This document shows positions 10,076 to 20,801 of a DNA stretch of 49,155 nt, one piece after another. Under the pieces are notes generated by a model. It made no database searches and was not told the origin of the DNA. It saw nothing but the letters and a program-made list of their open reading frames with translations. Every line of letters starts with the position of its first letter. The stretch's first letter is position 1. This DNA is from Eubacteriales bacterium. GTDB taxonomy: Bacteria; Bacillota; Clostridia; Oscillospirales; CAG-272. Location: assembly GCA_045535205.1 (NCBI GenBank), contig JAZSLF010000107.1, forward strand, positions 1 to 49,155. The letters run 5' to 3'. The position numbers and the translations under genes were made by a program.

Positions 10076-10106
10076 AAGTATTGCCGAAGGTCATGCGGTG
10101 TTATAC
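10076..10106 (-). promoter_or_regulatory. Sigma-F/G-type promoter of sigG
   Basis: Minus strand GTATA, 16 nt, GGCAATACTT; fits the SigF consensus GYWTA-N15/16-GGnnAnAnT. Confidence 0.65.
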
Positions 10107-10147
10107 ATTATATTCATTCTTGAAAATAATGGAATAATATTATTACG

Positions 10148-11200
10148 TTATTTTAATATATCGGGCATACTGCTTATCATGTTTTTTATGCTGATTCCGT
10201 ATCCTTTAAGGGGATCGGTAACAAAAACGTGGGTAACGGCACCTATCAGCTTTCCGTTTTGTATTATGGGAGATCCACTCATACCCTGAACAATTCCGCC
10301 TGCTTTTTCTATAAGCCTTTCGTCTGTTATTTCAATTACGAAATTTTTGTTTGTAGTTTCTGTAAAATCCATACTCGTAAGACTTACCTTGTAAAACTTT
10401 GGTCCCTCTGAATCTATCGTGCACCTTATATTTGCTTCCCCTTCATGCACTTCGTCTTCGGAGGCAATTTCGATCAACGTTTCATCTGAGGCGTCCAAAG
10501 GGAGAGAGTTTAATATACCGAAAACTCCTTCGTTACAGTTCAGCGTCAATGTGCCTGATTTTTCCCCCGAAAACGTACCTTTAAGCTCGCCTGGACTGCC
10601 GGCGGTGCTTTTTATAACGCCGTCAATATTTACATTCAAAACGATGCCTTTTGTAAGCTTTAATATGTCTCCCGTTCTTGAATCGCAAATGCTGTGACCG
10701 AGGCCTGCAAAAGCGTTTGTGTCAGCAGTAACGTAGGTCAGAGTTCCTATTCCCGCTGTGCTGTCTTTTATCCACATTCCCGTTTTGTATTTACCGTCAC
10801 TTGTGCAGAGTACAGGGGAGAATGAAGTAGAATATATTTGCCCCATTCTTTTATAATCAACGGCAATTGCTCGTCCCTCGCAGTTTTCGGTAATGTCCGT
10901 AAAGTCTTTTGCGGTTGAAATTGTAATGCTGTTTACAGCAAGAATAACGTCGTATTCTCTAAGTCCGGCGTTGAAGGCAGGGCTTTTGTCTTCGCTTTCT
11001 GTTTCTACGTCTGAAAATCCAACGACAGTAACACCCTCACTGTAAAATTTTACACCGAAAGGAGCACCTCCGAGATAAACTGAAGACTCTGCGGCCGCAG
11101 ATGAGCTGACGCCCGAAACCGCTGTTGTCATACTGAATATCAGTATGAAGATGTTTATGATAACTGCCGTGCGAAACAGCAGAATTTTTCTGTTATTCAC
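10148..11200 (-). CDS. spoIVB: SpoIVB peptidase (S55) with PDZ domain
   Basis: GGAPFGVK, GMWIKDSTAGIGTLT, GLGHSICD, GGIVQGMSGSPIIQNGKLIGAVTHVF. GTG start with SD AGGAGG. Confidence 0.93.
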   Translation of the reverse strand: MNNRKILLFRTAVIINIFILIFSMTTAVSGVSSSAAAESSVYLGGAPFGVKFYSEGVTVVGFSDVETESEDKSPAFNAGLREYDVILAVNSITISTAKDFTDITENCEGRAIAVDYKRMGQIYSTSFSPVLCTSDGKYKTGMWIKDSTAGIGTLTYVTADTNAFAGLGHSICDSRTGDILKLTKGIVLNVNIDGVIKSTAGSPGELKGTFSGEKSGTLTLNCNEGVFGILNSLPLDASDETLIEIASEDEVHEGEANIRCTIDSEGPKFYKVSLTSMDFTETTNKNFVIEITDERLIEKAGGIVQGMSGSPIIQNGKLIGAVTHVFVTDPLKGYGISIKNMISSMPDILK

Positions 11201-11379
11201 TTTTTCCTCCTTCTAATATATCAACACGATGAATTTATTTTTTCTGAATTTAATTTGCACACATAGGAGAAAACTATGAATAACAATTTTTATTTTTATA
11301 ATCATTTTTTTGGTATGAATATTTGATGTATATTAATATATATTATTTACAGCAGCAGAGGTATTTTTCCTCAAAGTGA

Positions 11380-11408
11380 TTGAAATGCTTTATAATATAT
11401 GATATAAT
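11380..11408 (+). promoter_or_regulatory. Sigma-A promoter of the cdaA operon
   Basis: TTGAAA (11380-11385), 17 nt, extended -10 TGaTATAAT (11400-11408). Confidence 0.7.
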
Positions 11409-11445
11409 ATATAATAATTATATCTATTTATAATGAGGTGCGGAC

Positions 11446-12330
11446 ATGAATTTGCCGGAATGGTTTGACAATCTGCTGACAAATGTGATACAGACATTTT
11501 CAATGATAACGTTTGTTGATATTGTTGATATAGCCTGTGTTACGGTCGTTCTTTATTTTGCATATAAATTTTTAAAAGACCGAAGAGCAGGAAAGCTTGC
11601 ACTCGGAGTATTTCTGTTTATGGGATTTCTCATAATATCTGAAACGGTCGAGCTTCATGCTATGCAGTTTATATTTAAAAACGTATTTCAGGTAGGTGTT
11701 ATTTCACTTGTTATCGTCTTTCAGCCGGAGCTTCGTTCACTTCTTGAGAAGATGGGCGGCGAAACGTTTAAAGGCATAAGAAGCATAGGTGAGTCAAAGG
11801 ATGCCGATGATACCGTTGTCATGATAGAACAGGTGTGCAGTGCTGTTTCCGATATGTCGGACACAAAGACAGGAGCACTTATCGCATTTGAAAAATCGAC
11901 AAAAATAGGCGAATATGCCGCTACCGGAACTGTTATAAATGCCGACGTTAATTCAAGTCTCGTAAAGAATATCTTTTTTAACAAAGCCCCTCTTCATGAT
12001 GGTGCAGTAATTATCAGAGGGACAAAGATATTTGCGGCAGGCTGTGTGCTGCCGCTTTCGTCCAACAGCGAGATAAGCCGTGAGCTCGGAACGAGACACA
12101 GAGCTGCCATAGGGCTTACGGAAAACAGCGATGCACTTGTTGTTGTTGTTTCCGAAGAGACGGGAAAAATATCAGTAGCATTTAACGGTGTTCTCCATAT
12201 GGGTCTTACGACGTCAAAGTTGAGAGAACACCTTCAGGATAAACTGATAGTACACAGCGTTACGGACGTTCTTAAAGCTAAATCGAGGATTTCCAGAAAT
12301 AAAAACGTCCGTACCAAAAAACAAAAGTAA
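11446..12330 (+). CDS. cdaA: Diadenylate cyclase CdaA/DacA
   Basis: Three N-terminal TM segments, FQPELR, APLHDGA and LGTRHRAA catalytic motifs, VVVSEETG. Confidence 0.95.
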   Translation: MNLPEWFDNLLTNVIQTFSMITFVDIVDIACVTVVLYFAYKFLKDRRAGKLALGVFLFMGFLIISETVELHAMQFIFKNVFQVGVISLVIVFQPELRSLLEKMGGETFKGIRSIGESKDADDTVVMIEQVCSAVSDMSDTKTGALIAFEKSTKIGEYAATGTVINADVNSSLVKNIFFNKAPLHDGAVIIRGTKIFAAGCVLPLSSNSEISRELGTRHRAAIGLTENSDALVVVVSEETGKISVAFNGVLHMGLTTSKLREHLQDKLIVHSVTDVLKAKSRISRNKNVRTKKQK

Positions 12331-12382
12331 GGGATCACCTTTCAAGATTTGTTTGTTTGCTATTAATTACAAGGCGGTTAAT

Positions 12383-13726
12383 ATGAAAAAAGATGAACTT
12401 AGAAATGATAATAGGGAATATATAAACGGTACACAGGAAAATACCGATGAAATAACCGTTGGTAAGGATAATAATGCGAGTGAAGAAGTGCGAACCGGTG
12501 TGAAAAGAAAGAAAAAGCTTGATATTTTTCCAAAACTCGTTTGTCTTCTCGTTGCCGTTATACTTTGGTTGTATGTAATGCAGGTTGACAGCCCCGATTA
12601 CGAGCAGACCTTTGAAGATATACCGATAAATCTTTCAAATACGTCAGTTATTGAAAACGAAAGAGGGCTTTTTGTATACAGCGGGTACGGTTATACTGTA
12701 GATGTTACAGTAAACGGTAAAAAGAGTGTTATAAGTAAATATACTGCTGAAGATATAAAGATCACAGCAGATCTCAAGGATATAAGAAACGCAGGCGAGC
12801 ATGATATTCAGCTTAGTACAAAGCTTCCCTCAGGCCTTTCCCTTGTAAAGACCGAATATGACCAAATAACAGTTTATGCTGATGAAAAAACATCTACCGA
12901 TGTTCCCATAAAAGCAAAGCTGACAGGCGCCAACTATAACAATGAATATGAATACGGGGAGCTTATTGCAGAGTATAATACCGTTATTGTAACAGGACCC
13001 AAATCCTCTCTTGCTTCTATAGCAAACGCTCTTGTATCAGTCGATCTTTCGGGACTTGGCGTTATAAAGGAAACGACATCTGCAGTCAGACCTATCACAC
13101 TTGTTGATAAAAACGGTGAAGCTGTTTCAAATCCTTATATCAAGCTTTCAAGAAGTGAGGTTAAGGTTACGCTTCCCGTTTATACCGAAAAGGTAGTATC
13201 CCTCGCAGTCGATACAGTAAACGGCTATTTCAACGAACGAAATGCTAAAATAGTTTTAAGCCCCTCCGAAATAAGAATTAAGGGAGATCCCGTTGTTCTT
13301 TCCGATATTAAAAGTATCAACGTTGCAACTCTTAACGAAAAAGAGATCGAAGAGGGTGTGAAGTATACCTATGAGCTTGAGAGCTCCGATAAATACACCT
13401 ATCTCAGTAATAATGTTATCAGCGTAGTCGTCAATCATATTAACACAGTAACAAAGACATACAGCGTTGAAAACATTGAAGTCATCGCCGGTGCGAATAA
13501 ATACCGCTTGGCAGACAAGTCTATTGATATAACGCTCAGAGGAAGCGAAGCTCAGCTTGAAATGATAACAGCGGAGGATATTAAGCTTATAGCTGACGTT
13601 TCGGGATATTCTACCGATTATTCGGGAACCGTTAGTGTTGAAGCTGTTGTAGAAATTACGAAAAACGGCATATCAGGTGTATATGAAACAGGTGTTTACA
13701 GAGTTCAGATACGGGTGAACGAATAA
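12383..13726 (+). CDS. cdaR: CdaR / YbbR-domain regulator of CdaA
   Basis: Single TM (KLVCLLVAVILWLYVM) followed by repeated beta-rich YbbR-like units (V.V.G.KS..., V.VTGPKS); directly follows cdaA. Confidence 0.8.
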   Translation: MKKDELRNDNREYINGTQENTDEITVGKDNNASEEVRTGVKRKKKLDIFPKLVCLLVAVILWLYVMQVDSPDYEQTFEDIPINLSNTSVIENERGLFVYSGYGYTVDVTVNGKKSVISKYTAEDIKITADLKDIRNAGEHDIQLSTKLPSGLSLVKTEYDQITVYADEKTSTDVPIKAKLTGANYNNEYEYGELIAEYNTVIVTGPKSSLASIANALVSVDLSGLGVIKETTSAVRPITLVDKNGEAVSNPYIKLSRSEVKVTLPVYTEKVVSLAVDTVNGYFNERNAKIVLSPSEIRIKGDPVVLSDIKSINVATLNEKEIEEGVKYTYELESSDKYTYLSNNVISVVVNHINTVTKTYSVENIEVIAGANKYRLADKSIDITLRGSEAQLEMITAEDIKLIADVSGYSTDYSGTVSVEAVVEITKNGISGVYETGVYRVQIRVNE

Positions 13727-13753
13727 AATTTATTACCCAAGAGGATGGTGTTT

Positions 13754-15355
13754 GTGAATTACATAAAGACCGGATTTATATTAGAAAATATTAAAGCATC
13801 AATCGACACTTGTGACAGAGAAATTTTGAGTATTGCTGAAAAAAAGCTCTCCTCAATTTCAGAATTTGGAGAAGTTATTAGACTTGAACTGTATAAGAAA
13901 TCAGTTGATGCGAGAAAAAAGGACAGTATTCATTTCGTCTGCTCGGTAAGCGGAGTTGCATATGTTAAAGAAAATGCAGATGAAATTAAGCTTCGCAAAT
14001 TCAATATTAAACTTACCAATGAGAAAGCCCTTGATTTTGAACCGGGTAATAAAAAGCTTGCTAACAGACCGATAATCGTAGGATTTGGCCCTGCGGGTAT
14101 GTTTTCTGCATTGATGCTTGCAAAATACGGATACAGACCGATTGTTCTTGAACGGGGCGGTGATGTTGACAGCAGATGTACTGCCGTAAAGCTGTTTGAA
14201 GAAACCGGACAGCTTGATACCGAAAACAATATTCAGTTTGGTGCGGGCGGTGCAGGTACGTTTTCTGACGGTAAGCTTACAACAAGAATAAGTGATCCGT
14301 ATGTTCGCTATGTTTTAAAAGTGCTTCACGAAATGGGAGCACCGGAGGATGTGCTTTGGAGAGCTAAACCTCATATTGGTACGGATATTTTGCGTAACGT
14401 AGTAAAAAATATTCATAACGAAATAGTAAGGCTTGGCGGAGAAATCAGATATAATTCAAGGGTTGATGCTTTCGGCGAGGGTTATGTGAAGGTCTGCGGA
14501 TCAAGGCTTGACTCCGATGCTGTAATAGTTGCAATCGGACATAGTGCAAGAGAGCTATACGGCTTTGCCGTTGATGAAGGTTATCAGCTTGAGCCGAAGC
14601 CGTTTTCCGTAGGTGTTCGTATTGAGCATCTGCAAAGTGAGATAGATCGTGCGATGTACGGAAGGGAAGATTTGTGGACTAAGCTCGGTCATGCCGAGTA
14701 TAATCTTTCATACAGAAAAGGCGAAAGAGGAGTTTATTCGTTTTGTATGTGTCCGGGAGGAACGGTGGTAGCGGCTGCTTCGGAGGACGGTGGAGTCGTT
14801 ACAAACGGAATGAGTAACAGTCTTCGTGACGGCAATAACGCAAATGCGGCAATTGCAGTTTCTGTATTGCCCACAGACCTCGGCGGAAAAATAACAGACG
14901 GAATTGAATTTCAAAGACAGCTTGAACGAACTGCATATCGGTTTGGCGGTGAAAATTATTATGCCCCCTGTCAAAGTGTCGGAAATTTTCATCTTGGCAA
15001 AAAAGGGAGCATCCCGGCCAGAATTAAGCCTTCGTACAGAGACGGTAAGGTTACCTCATGTGATATGAATGAAATATTTCCCGTCTTTATCTCGTCTATG
15101 CTGAAGGAAGGTCTGCATGAGTTCGGTAAAAAAATAAAAGGCTTTAATGATAGTGACGTTATTCTGACAGGGGTCGAAACACGGACATCAGCACCGTTGA
15201 GAATGCTCAGAGACCCCGTTTCATACGCAGCAATCGGAAAGAAAGGGATTTATCCCTGCGGAGAAGGTGCAGGATACGCAGGTGGAATAGTAAGTGCCGC
15301 TGTAGACGGGATCCGTGTTGCAGGGGCTGTAATATCGGAATTTTCACCTGTATAA
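13754..15355 (+). CDS. Uncharacterised FAD-dependent oxidoreductase
   Basis: IVGFGPAGMF Rossmann motif, FGAGGAGTFSDGKL, SFCMCPGG, GVETRTS, GEGAGYAGGIVSAAVDG. Start is either GTG 13754 or ATG 13745. Confidence 0.85.
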   Translation: MNYIKTGFILENIKASIDTCDREILSIAEKKLSSISEFGEVIRLELYKKSVDARKKDSIHFVCSVSGVAYVKENADEIKLRKFNIKLTNEKALDFEPGNKKLANRPIIVGFGPAGMFSALMLAKYGYRPIVLERGGDVDSRCTAVKLFEETGQLDTENNIQFGAGGAGTFSDGKLTTRISDPYVRYVLKVLHEMGAPEDVLWRAKPHIGTDILRNVVKNIHNEIVRLGGEIRYNSRVDAFGEGYVKVCGSRLDSDAVIVAIGHSARELYGFAVDEGYQLEPKPFSVGVRIEHLQSEIDRAMYGREDLWTKLGHAEYNLSYRKGERGVYSFCMCPGGTVVAAASEDGGVVTNGMSNSLRDGNNANAAIAVSVLPTDLGGKITDGIEFQRQLERTAYRFGGENYYAPCQSVGNFHLGKKGSIPARIKPSYRDGKVTSCDMNEIFPVFISSMLKEGLHEFGKKIKGFNDSDVILTGVETRTSAPLRMLRDPVSYAAIGKKGIYPCGEGAGYAGGIVSAAVDGIRVAGAVISEFSPV

Positions 15356-15370
15356 TGTTTTGGAGGAAAA

Positions 15371-15805
15371 ATGAAACAAAGTGCAACAGTAATAAGTACA
15401 TCAGGGAATATAGCTGTTGTTACAGCAGAAAGAGCATCAATGTGTGACGGTTGTCATAAAAAAGGCTGCTCGGACGGTTGCAGTATGTACAGCATTTTCG
15501 GCGGAGATAAAAACTTTTCTGCCGAGGCAGATAACAGCTTCGGGGCCGATGAAGGCAGCCGTGTAATTGTTGAAGCAACTGATAAAAGCATTTTTTTCAG
15601 TGCTTTTATAGTCTTTTTACTTCCGCTTATCGTTTCATTTGCGGCATACTTCATATTCAGAAATTGGTTATCCGAAGAGTATAGTATCATTATAGCTTTG
15701 TCAGTTTTTGTCGTGTATTTTGCTGTGCTCGGTATATATGAGCGTACTGCGAAAGCAAAAAAACCAAAGCTGAAAATAATAGGATATGCCGAAGAAAACA
15801 ATTAA
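15371..15805 (+). CDS. RseC/MucC-family (SoxR reducing system) membrane protein
   Basis: N-terminal R.SMCDGCHKKGCSDGC Cys cluster, A.N..GA..G..V, then two TM helices (AFIVFLLPL). Confidence 0.78.
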   Translation: MKQSATVISTSGNIAVVTAERASMCDGCHKKGCSDGCSMYSIFGGDKNFSAEADNSFGADEGSRVIVEATDKSIFFSAFIVFLLPLIVSFAAYFIFRNWLSEEYSIIIALSVFVVYFAVLGIYERTAKAKKPKLKIIGYAEENN

Positions 15806-15837
15806 AGCCAAACAGAATGAATTGATATAGGTTAGAT

Positions 15838-18042
15838 ATGCTTAAACATTTTGAAAAGAATTGGAGTGCGGTCGCAAGCTCGTCTGAGATGTCGGCCTCA
15901 CCGTTAATTAAAGAATTATCCTCAACACTTGATTTAACAGAAGTTTCAGCTCAGCTGCTCGTAAACAGAGGCTTTACAACAGTAAGTGAAGCTAAGGCTT
16001 TTTTGGGAAAAAAGACAGAGCTTCTGCACGATCCTTTTATCATGAAGGACATTGAAGCGGGTGCAAGGAGACTTATAGATGCCGCCGCAGATAAAGAAAA
16101 AATCGTGATCTACGGTGACTACGACGTGGACGGTGTTACCTCCGTAAGTATCCTTTATATGTATCTGAAGGCACTCGAAGCTGACGTATCTTATTATATT
16201 CCCAGCAGAATTGGTGAAGGATACGGAATGTCAATTTCAGCTATTGATAAAATAGCTGAGGACGGTGCAGATATTATAGTAACAGTTGACACGGGTATTA
16301 CTGCGGTAGCTGAAGCCGAATACATAAAAAAGCTCGGTATCGATCTAATAATTACAGACCATCATGAATGCCACAATGAAATTCCCGTTGCACAGGCTGT
16401 TATAAATCCCCGACAGCCTGACTGTAAATATCCTTTTAAGGAGCTTGCGGGAGTCGGTGTAGTATTTAAGCTCCTCTGTGCCATGGAGAAGTGTCTTTGC
16501 AGAAAAGACAGCCTTATGGAATGTGTCAGACGTGTAGCCTCTGAATACGCCGATCTCGTTGCAATAGGAACCGTAGCTGACGTAATGCCTGTGAAGGATG
16601 AAAACAGACTGATCGTAAGTCTTGGCCTATCTATGATGGAAAATTCACCGAGACTTGCAATCAGCGAGCTTCTTTCCGCTGTAAACGGAGATACAGGTAA
16701 ATTTAAATCACAAAAAAGAATAACCTCGGGAGTAATAGGATTTACAATAGCACCGAGAATTAATGCTGCAGGGCGTATCAGAAATGCTGCAATAGCTGTT
16801 GAGATGTTTCTTGCCGAGAACAGAGAAACAGCGGCAAAATATGCTTTGGAGCTTTGTGAGATCAACAGGGAAAGACAAGCACAGGAAAACAGCATAATTG
16901 AAGCGGCATATGAGAAAATAGAACAGGAACATAATTTTGAAAATGACCCGGTTATAGTATTGAGCGACGAAAGGTGGCACCACGGAGTCATAGGTATTGT
17001 TGCTTCACGTATTACGGAAAAATATAAGAGACCGTCCATTCTGGTTTCATTTGAAGGTGAGAATAACTGCGGAGACGGTACAGATATCGGAAAAGGGTCG
17101 GGACGAAGCATAAAAGGAATGAACCTTGTGGATGCCCTTACATACTGCAGCGACTCTCTTGTAAAATACGGCGGGCATGAGCTTGCGGCAGGTCTTACCG
17201 TAACCCGTGATAACCTCGTCAGCTTCAAAGAGAAGATAAATGAGTATGCAAGAAAATGCTTTGAAAACGAAACGGCTGAGCCTTCTGTTTGTGCTGACAT
17301 AGAGCTTGTTTCGGGAGATATAGGCATGAAAGCAGCGAGAGAACTGTATTTGTTTGAACCCTTCGGTGTTTCCAATACCGTTCCGCTGTTCTTGATCAGA
17401 AACATGAAAATTGCAGATACTATGAACGTAGGCGGAGGCAAGCACGCAAAATATACACTTGTTTCACCCGAAGGAGATGAATTCTGTGCGATGTATTTTC
17501 GCCGTTGCATTTCCGACAGCGATCTGTACGAGGGTGACTGTGTTGACGTGCTGTTTAATCTTGATATTAACAGCTTTCAAGGCAAAGAAAGTCTCCAGTT
17601 TATAGTTAAAGATATTACGATGAACGAAAGTCAGCTGAAAAAAGAAGAGCAGGACCGCATAGATTTTTCAAAAATACTTTCCGGTGATTTTGATTTTGCA
17701 GCTGCCATAGAGGACGGAGTTGAAAAATACGTGCCGTCAAGAAATGATTTTGCCTTGTTTTATAACATGGTCAAGCATGAGCTTCGTATGGGAAGAGATG
17801 TTTTCAGTATAAGAGCCTTATCAAAAATGCTTGAAAACGAGGGAAACAGCTTTTCATATATTAAGCTGAAAACGATAATCAAAGTGTTCCAGGAGCTCAA
17901 TCTTTTATATGTTGATGAGATAGACTTTGAAAAAGAGCTTTATCAGTTTAAATACGTATACGTAAAGAACAAGACTGATCTTGACAAGTCCAACTTATAC
18001 CGAAAAATAAAAGGTAACTTTGGAATAAAGCACGGTCAGTAA
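15838..18042 (+). CDS. recJ: ssDNA-specific exonuclease RecJ
   Basis: YGDYDVDG, TVDTG, ITDHH (DHH), APRINAAGR, GSGRS, GGHELAAG. Confidence 0.96.
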   Translation: MLKHFEKNWSAVASSSEMSASPLIKELSSTLDLTEVSAQLLVNRGFTTVSEAKAFLGKKTELLHDPFIMKDIEAGARRLIDAAADKEKIVIYGDYDVDGVTSVSILYMYLKALEADVSYYIPSRIGEGYGMSISAIDKIAEDGADIIVTVDTGITAVAEAEYIKKLGIDLIITDHHECHNEIPVAQAVINPRQPDCKYPFKELAGVGVVFKLLCAMEKCLCRKDSLMECVRRVASEYADLVAIGTVADVMPVKDENRLIVSLGLSMMENSPRLAISELLSAVNGDTGKFKSQKRITSGVIGFTIAPRINAAGRIRNAAIAVEMFLAENRETAAKYALELCEINRERQAQENSIIEAAYEKIEQEHNFENDPVIVLSDERWHHGVIGIVASRITEKYKRPSILVSFEGENNCGDGTDIGKGSGRSIKGMNLVDALTYCSDSLVKYGGHELAAGLTVTRDNLVSFKEKINEYARKCFENETAEPSVCADIELVSGDIGMKAARELYLFEPFGVSNTVPLFLIRNMKIADTMNVGGGKHAKYTLVSPEGDEFCAMYFRRCISDSDLYEGDCVDVLFNLDINSFQGKESLQFIVKDITMNESQLKKEEQDRIDFSKILSGDFDFAAAIEDGVEKYVPSRNDFALFYNMVKHELRMGRDVFSIRALSKMLENEGNSFSYIKLKTIIKVFQELNLLYVDEIDFEKELYQFKYVYVKNKTDLDKSNLYRKIKGNFGIKHGQ

Positions 18043-18072
18043 TATTACAATTTTTACAGATGGGTGGTTTCT

Positions 18073-20307
18073 ATGAGCCTTAGTCACTCTCAATTCAATG
18101 ACGGTATCGGTATCAAAAAACTGCTTTCCGTGTTGAATAACAGCGGAAAGAATTACGATATCGAAAAAATAAAAGAATCCTACGAATATGCAAAAATCAT
18201 GCATGAAGGACAGTTCAGAAAAAGCGGAGAGCCTTATATTTCCCATCCGATTGCGGTTGCTGAAATTGTTGCGGCTCTCGGTCTTGATACTGATTCTATC
18301 TGTGCTGCATTTTTGCATGATACAGTCGAGGACTGTCCCGATAAAACAAATTTAGGCGAGCTAAAAAGACTTTTCGGCGAAAATGTTGCAATGCTTGTTG
18401 ACGGTCTCACCAAGATCGAAGATATAAATGTTGTTGACAAAGAAGAAGCACATATGGAAAACATTAGAAAAATGCTTCTTGCAATGTCTAAGGATATCAG
18501 GGTGATTTTTATCAAACTGTGTGACAGACTTCACAATATGAGAACTCTGATTGCTAAGCCTGAGCATAAGAGACGTACAACAGCACTTGAAACGATGCAT
18601 GTATATGCACCACTTGCACACCGTCTCGGTATGCAAAGAGTAAAGCAGGAGCTTGAAAACCTTGCTCTTGAATTTCTTGACCCGATAGGATATTCAGAGG
18701 TCAGCGGCCATATTGAGAATAAATACGGCCAAAACAGAGATTTTATCGACAAGGTGCGTTCTTATATTTCCATAAAGCTTGATGAATATAATATCCATTA
18801 TACGCTTGAGGGTCGTGTTAAAACTGTTTACAGTATATACAGAAAAATATATAACCAAAATAAGAGCTTCGATGAGATCTATGACTTTTATGCTTTGCGT
18901 ATAATCGTTGATACGGAGCTTGAATGCTATACGGCTCTCGGCATCATTCATGAGCTGTTTAAATCTGTTCCCGGCAGATTTAAAGACTATATATCAACAC
19001 CTAAGCCCAATATGTATCAGTCACTTCATACAACTGTAATCGGCAGAGACGGTATTCCCTTTGAGGTTCAGATAAGAACTAAGGAAATGCATCATATTGC
19101 TGAATACGGTGTGGCGGCACATTGGAAATATAAATCCGGCGAGCAGAGTAAGGCTGAGGTGGATGAAAAGCTTCAATGGATATCAAAGCTTCTTGATGTT
19201 GAAAACGAGGCTATTGATCCGGATGACTTCATGCACGCACTCAAAATAGATATATTCCATGATGAGACATTCGTATTTACTCCCAAGGGCGACGTAATAG
19301 CTCTGCCTCAGGGATCTACAATTATTGACTTTGCTTATGCGATACATTCACAGGTCGGTAACAGAATGGTTGGTGCTAAGATAAACGGTATGATAGCACC
19401 GATAGATAAGATACCTCAGAATGGTGAAATAGTAGAGATCATAACGTCATCGGCATCAAAAGGTCCCAGCAGAGACTGGCTGAAGATCGTAAAAACCGGT
19501 GAAGCACGTAATAAAATACGTCAATGGTTTAAAAAAGAGAAACGAAGCGAGAATATCGCTATGGGCCGTTCCGAGATCGAAAAAGAAATTCTTCGTTGCG
19601 GAAAGCAGGCCACGGAAGCTCAAAGAAGCGAGATAATAGCAAACGTATCCAAACGTGTCGGAATGCAGGAGCCTGATGATCTTTGTAATGCAATAGGATA
19701 CGGCGGCCTTGCCGTAAGTAAAATTGCTGCAAAAATCAAAGATGAATATGACCGTGTTGTCAAGCCGACGCTTGTTGATGAACCTGTCAGAGACGTACAG
19801 CAGGTAGTTACTAAAACACCTAAAAATATGCGTTCCGATTCAGGTATTATAATTGACGGTGAAGGCGGTTATTCAGTAAAATTTGCAAAATGCTGTAATC
19901 CTTTGCCCGGTGATAAGGTTATCGGCTTTATTACGAAGGGCTACGGGGTTTCCATTCATAAGCGTGATTGCCCCAACGTAGTACAGGGTATGCAAAAGGA
20001 AGAATTTTTCCAAAGATGGATCAGCGCCGAGTGGGACGAAAGCCATACGAAATCAAGCACAGGTGTTTATGAAGCTATTCTTCAGATCAAGGCGGAAGAC
20101 AGAATTTCCATGCTTGCAGATATTTCATCTGCTCTTGCAGACATGAAGGTTTCTATAACACAGATAAATACAAAAATGACCTCGGACAGCGATGTTATTT
20201 TCAATCTCGGAATTGCTTGTAAAAACACAGATCACTATGAGTCCATAGTTTCCCGTCTCAGAGCAATTTCAGGTGTATTAAGTGTTACAAGAGGTTTTAA
20301 TCAGTAA
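18073..20307 (+). CDS. relA: Bifunctional (p)ppGpp synthetase/hydrolase Rel
   Basis: RKSGEPYISHP, HDTVED (HD), DRLHNMRT, YQSLHT, EVQIRT, AAHWKYK, TGS domain, AKCCNP and ACT domain. Confidence 0.97.
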   Translation: MSLSHSQFNDGIGIKKLLSVLNNSGKNYDIEKIKESYEYAKIMHEGQFRKSGEPYISHPIAVAEIVAALGLDTDSICAAFLHDTVEDCPDKTNLGELKRLFGENVAMLVDGLTKIEDINVVDKEEAHMENIRKMLLAMSKDIRVIFIKLCDRLHNMRTLIAKPEHKRRTTALETMHVYAPLAHRLGMQRVKQELENLALEFLDPIGYSEVSGHIENKYGQNRDFIDKVRSYISIKLDEYNIHYTLEGRVKTVYSIYRKIYNQNKSFDEIYDFYALRIIVDTELECYTALGIIHELFKSVPGRFKDYISTPKPNMYQSLHTTVIGRDGIPFEVQIRTKEMHHIAEYGVAAHWKYKSGEQSKAEVDEKLQWISKLLDVENEAIDPDDFMHALKIDIFHDETFVFTPKGDVIALPQGSTIIDFAYAIHSQVGNRMVGAKINGMIAPIDKIPQNGEIVEIITSSASKGPSRDWLKIVKTGEARNKIRQWFKKEKRSENIAMGRSEIEKEILRCGKQATEAQRSEIIANVSKRVGMQEPDDLCNAIGYGGLAVSKIAAKIKDEYDRVVKPTLVDEPVRDVQQVVTKTPKNMRSDSGIIIDGEGGYSVKFAKCCNPLPGDKVIGFITKGYGVSIHKRDCPNVVQGMQKEEFFQRWISAEWDESHTKSSTGVYEAILQIKAEDRISMLADISSALADMKVSITQINTKMTSDSDVIFNLGIACKNTDHYESIVSRLRAISGVLSVTRGFNQ

Positions 20308-20322
20308 TTTCGGAGATAGTTT

Positions 20323-20793
20323 ATGATAGCTGTAATTCAGAGAGTTCAACACGCCTCGGTGGTTGTTGATGAAAAGGAGATAGGCAAATGTAAACACGGC
20401 CTTCTTGTGTTGCTCGGTGTGGCACAAGGTGATGACGAAGCTGATGCGGAGGTGCTGGCAGAAAAAATATCAAAGCTCAGAATTTTTTCTGATGAAAACG
20501 ATAAGATCAACCTATCCGTTAATGATATAGGCGGCGGTGTACTTGTTGTTCCTAATTTTACACTCCTTGCATCCTGCAGAAAAGGTAACAGACCTGATTT
20601 TGTCAACAGTGCACCGCCTGTTGTTGCAAATGAGCTATATGAGCATTTCTGTTCTTATTTAAGCAAGCTTGTGCCTTCTGTTGAAACAGGCGAGTTTGGT
20701 GCTCATATGGAGGTATCGTTACTCAACGACGGTCCTTTTACTGTTGTTATTAACAGCAGAGAGCTGAACAAGCAGAACATCGGGAGAAAATAA
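20323..20793 (+). CDS. dtd: D-aminoacyl-tRNA deacylase
   Basis: MIAVIQRV, KLRIFSD, PNFTL, KGNRPDF, FGAHMEVSLLNDGP. Confidence 0.96.
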   Translation: MIAVIQRVQHASVVVDEKEIGKCKHGLLVLLGVAQGDDEADAEVLAEKISKLRIFSDENDKINLSVNDIGGGVLVVPNFTLLASCRKGNRPDFVNSAPPVVANELYEHFCSYLSKLVPSVETGEFGAHMEVSLLNDGPFTVVINSRELNKQNIGRK

Positions 20794-20801
20794 ATTGTAT
20801 C

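Noticed and set aside
11201-11445. Very AT-rich divergent intergenic region as a possible ncRNA, origin or operator array
   Set aside because: It has no stable structure, DnaA-box cluster or regular repeats and is explained by divergent promoters. The spoIVB promoter itself could not be assigned confidently.
16362-17510. 382-aa minus-strand ORF
   Set aside because: It is fully antisense to recJ, has the Ser/Ile/Phe-rich composition of a shadow frame, and shows no family motif.
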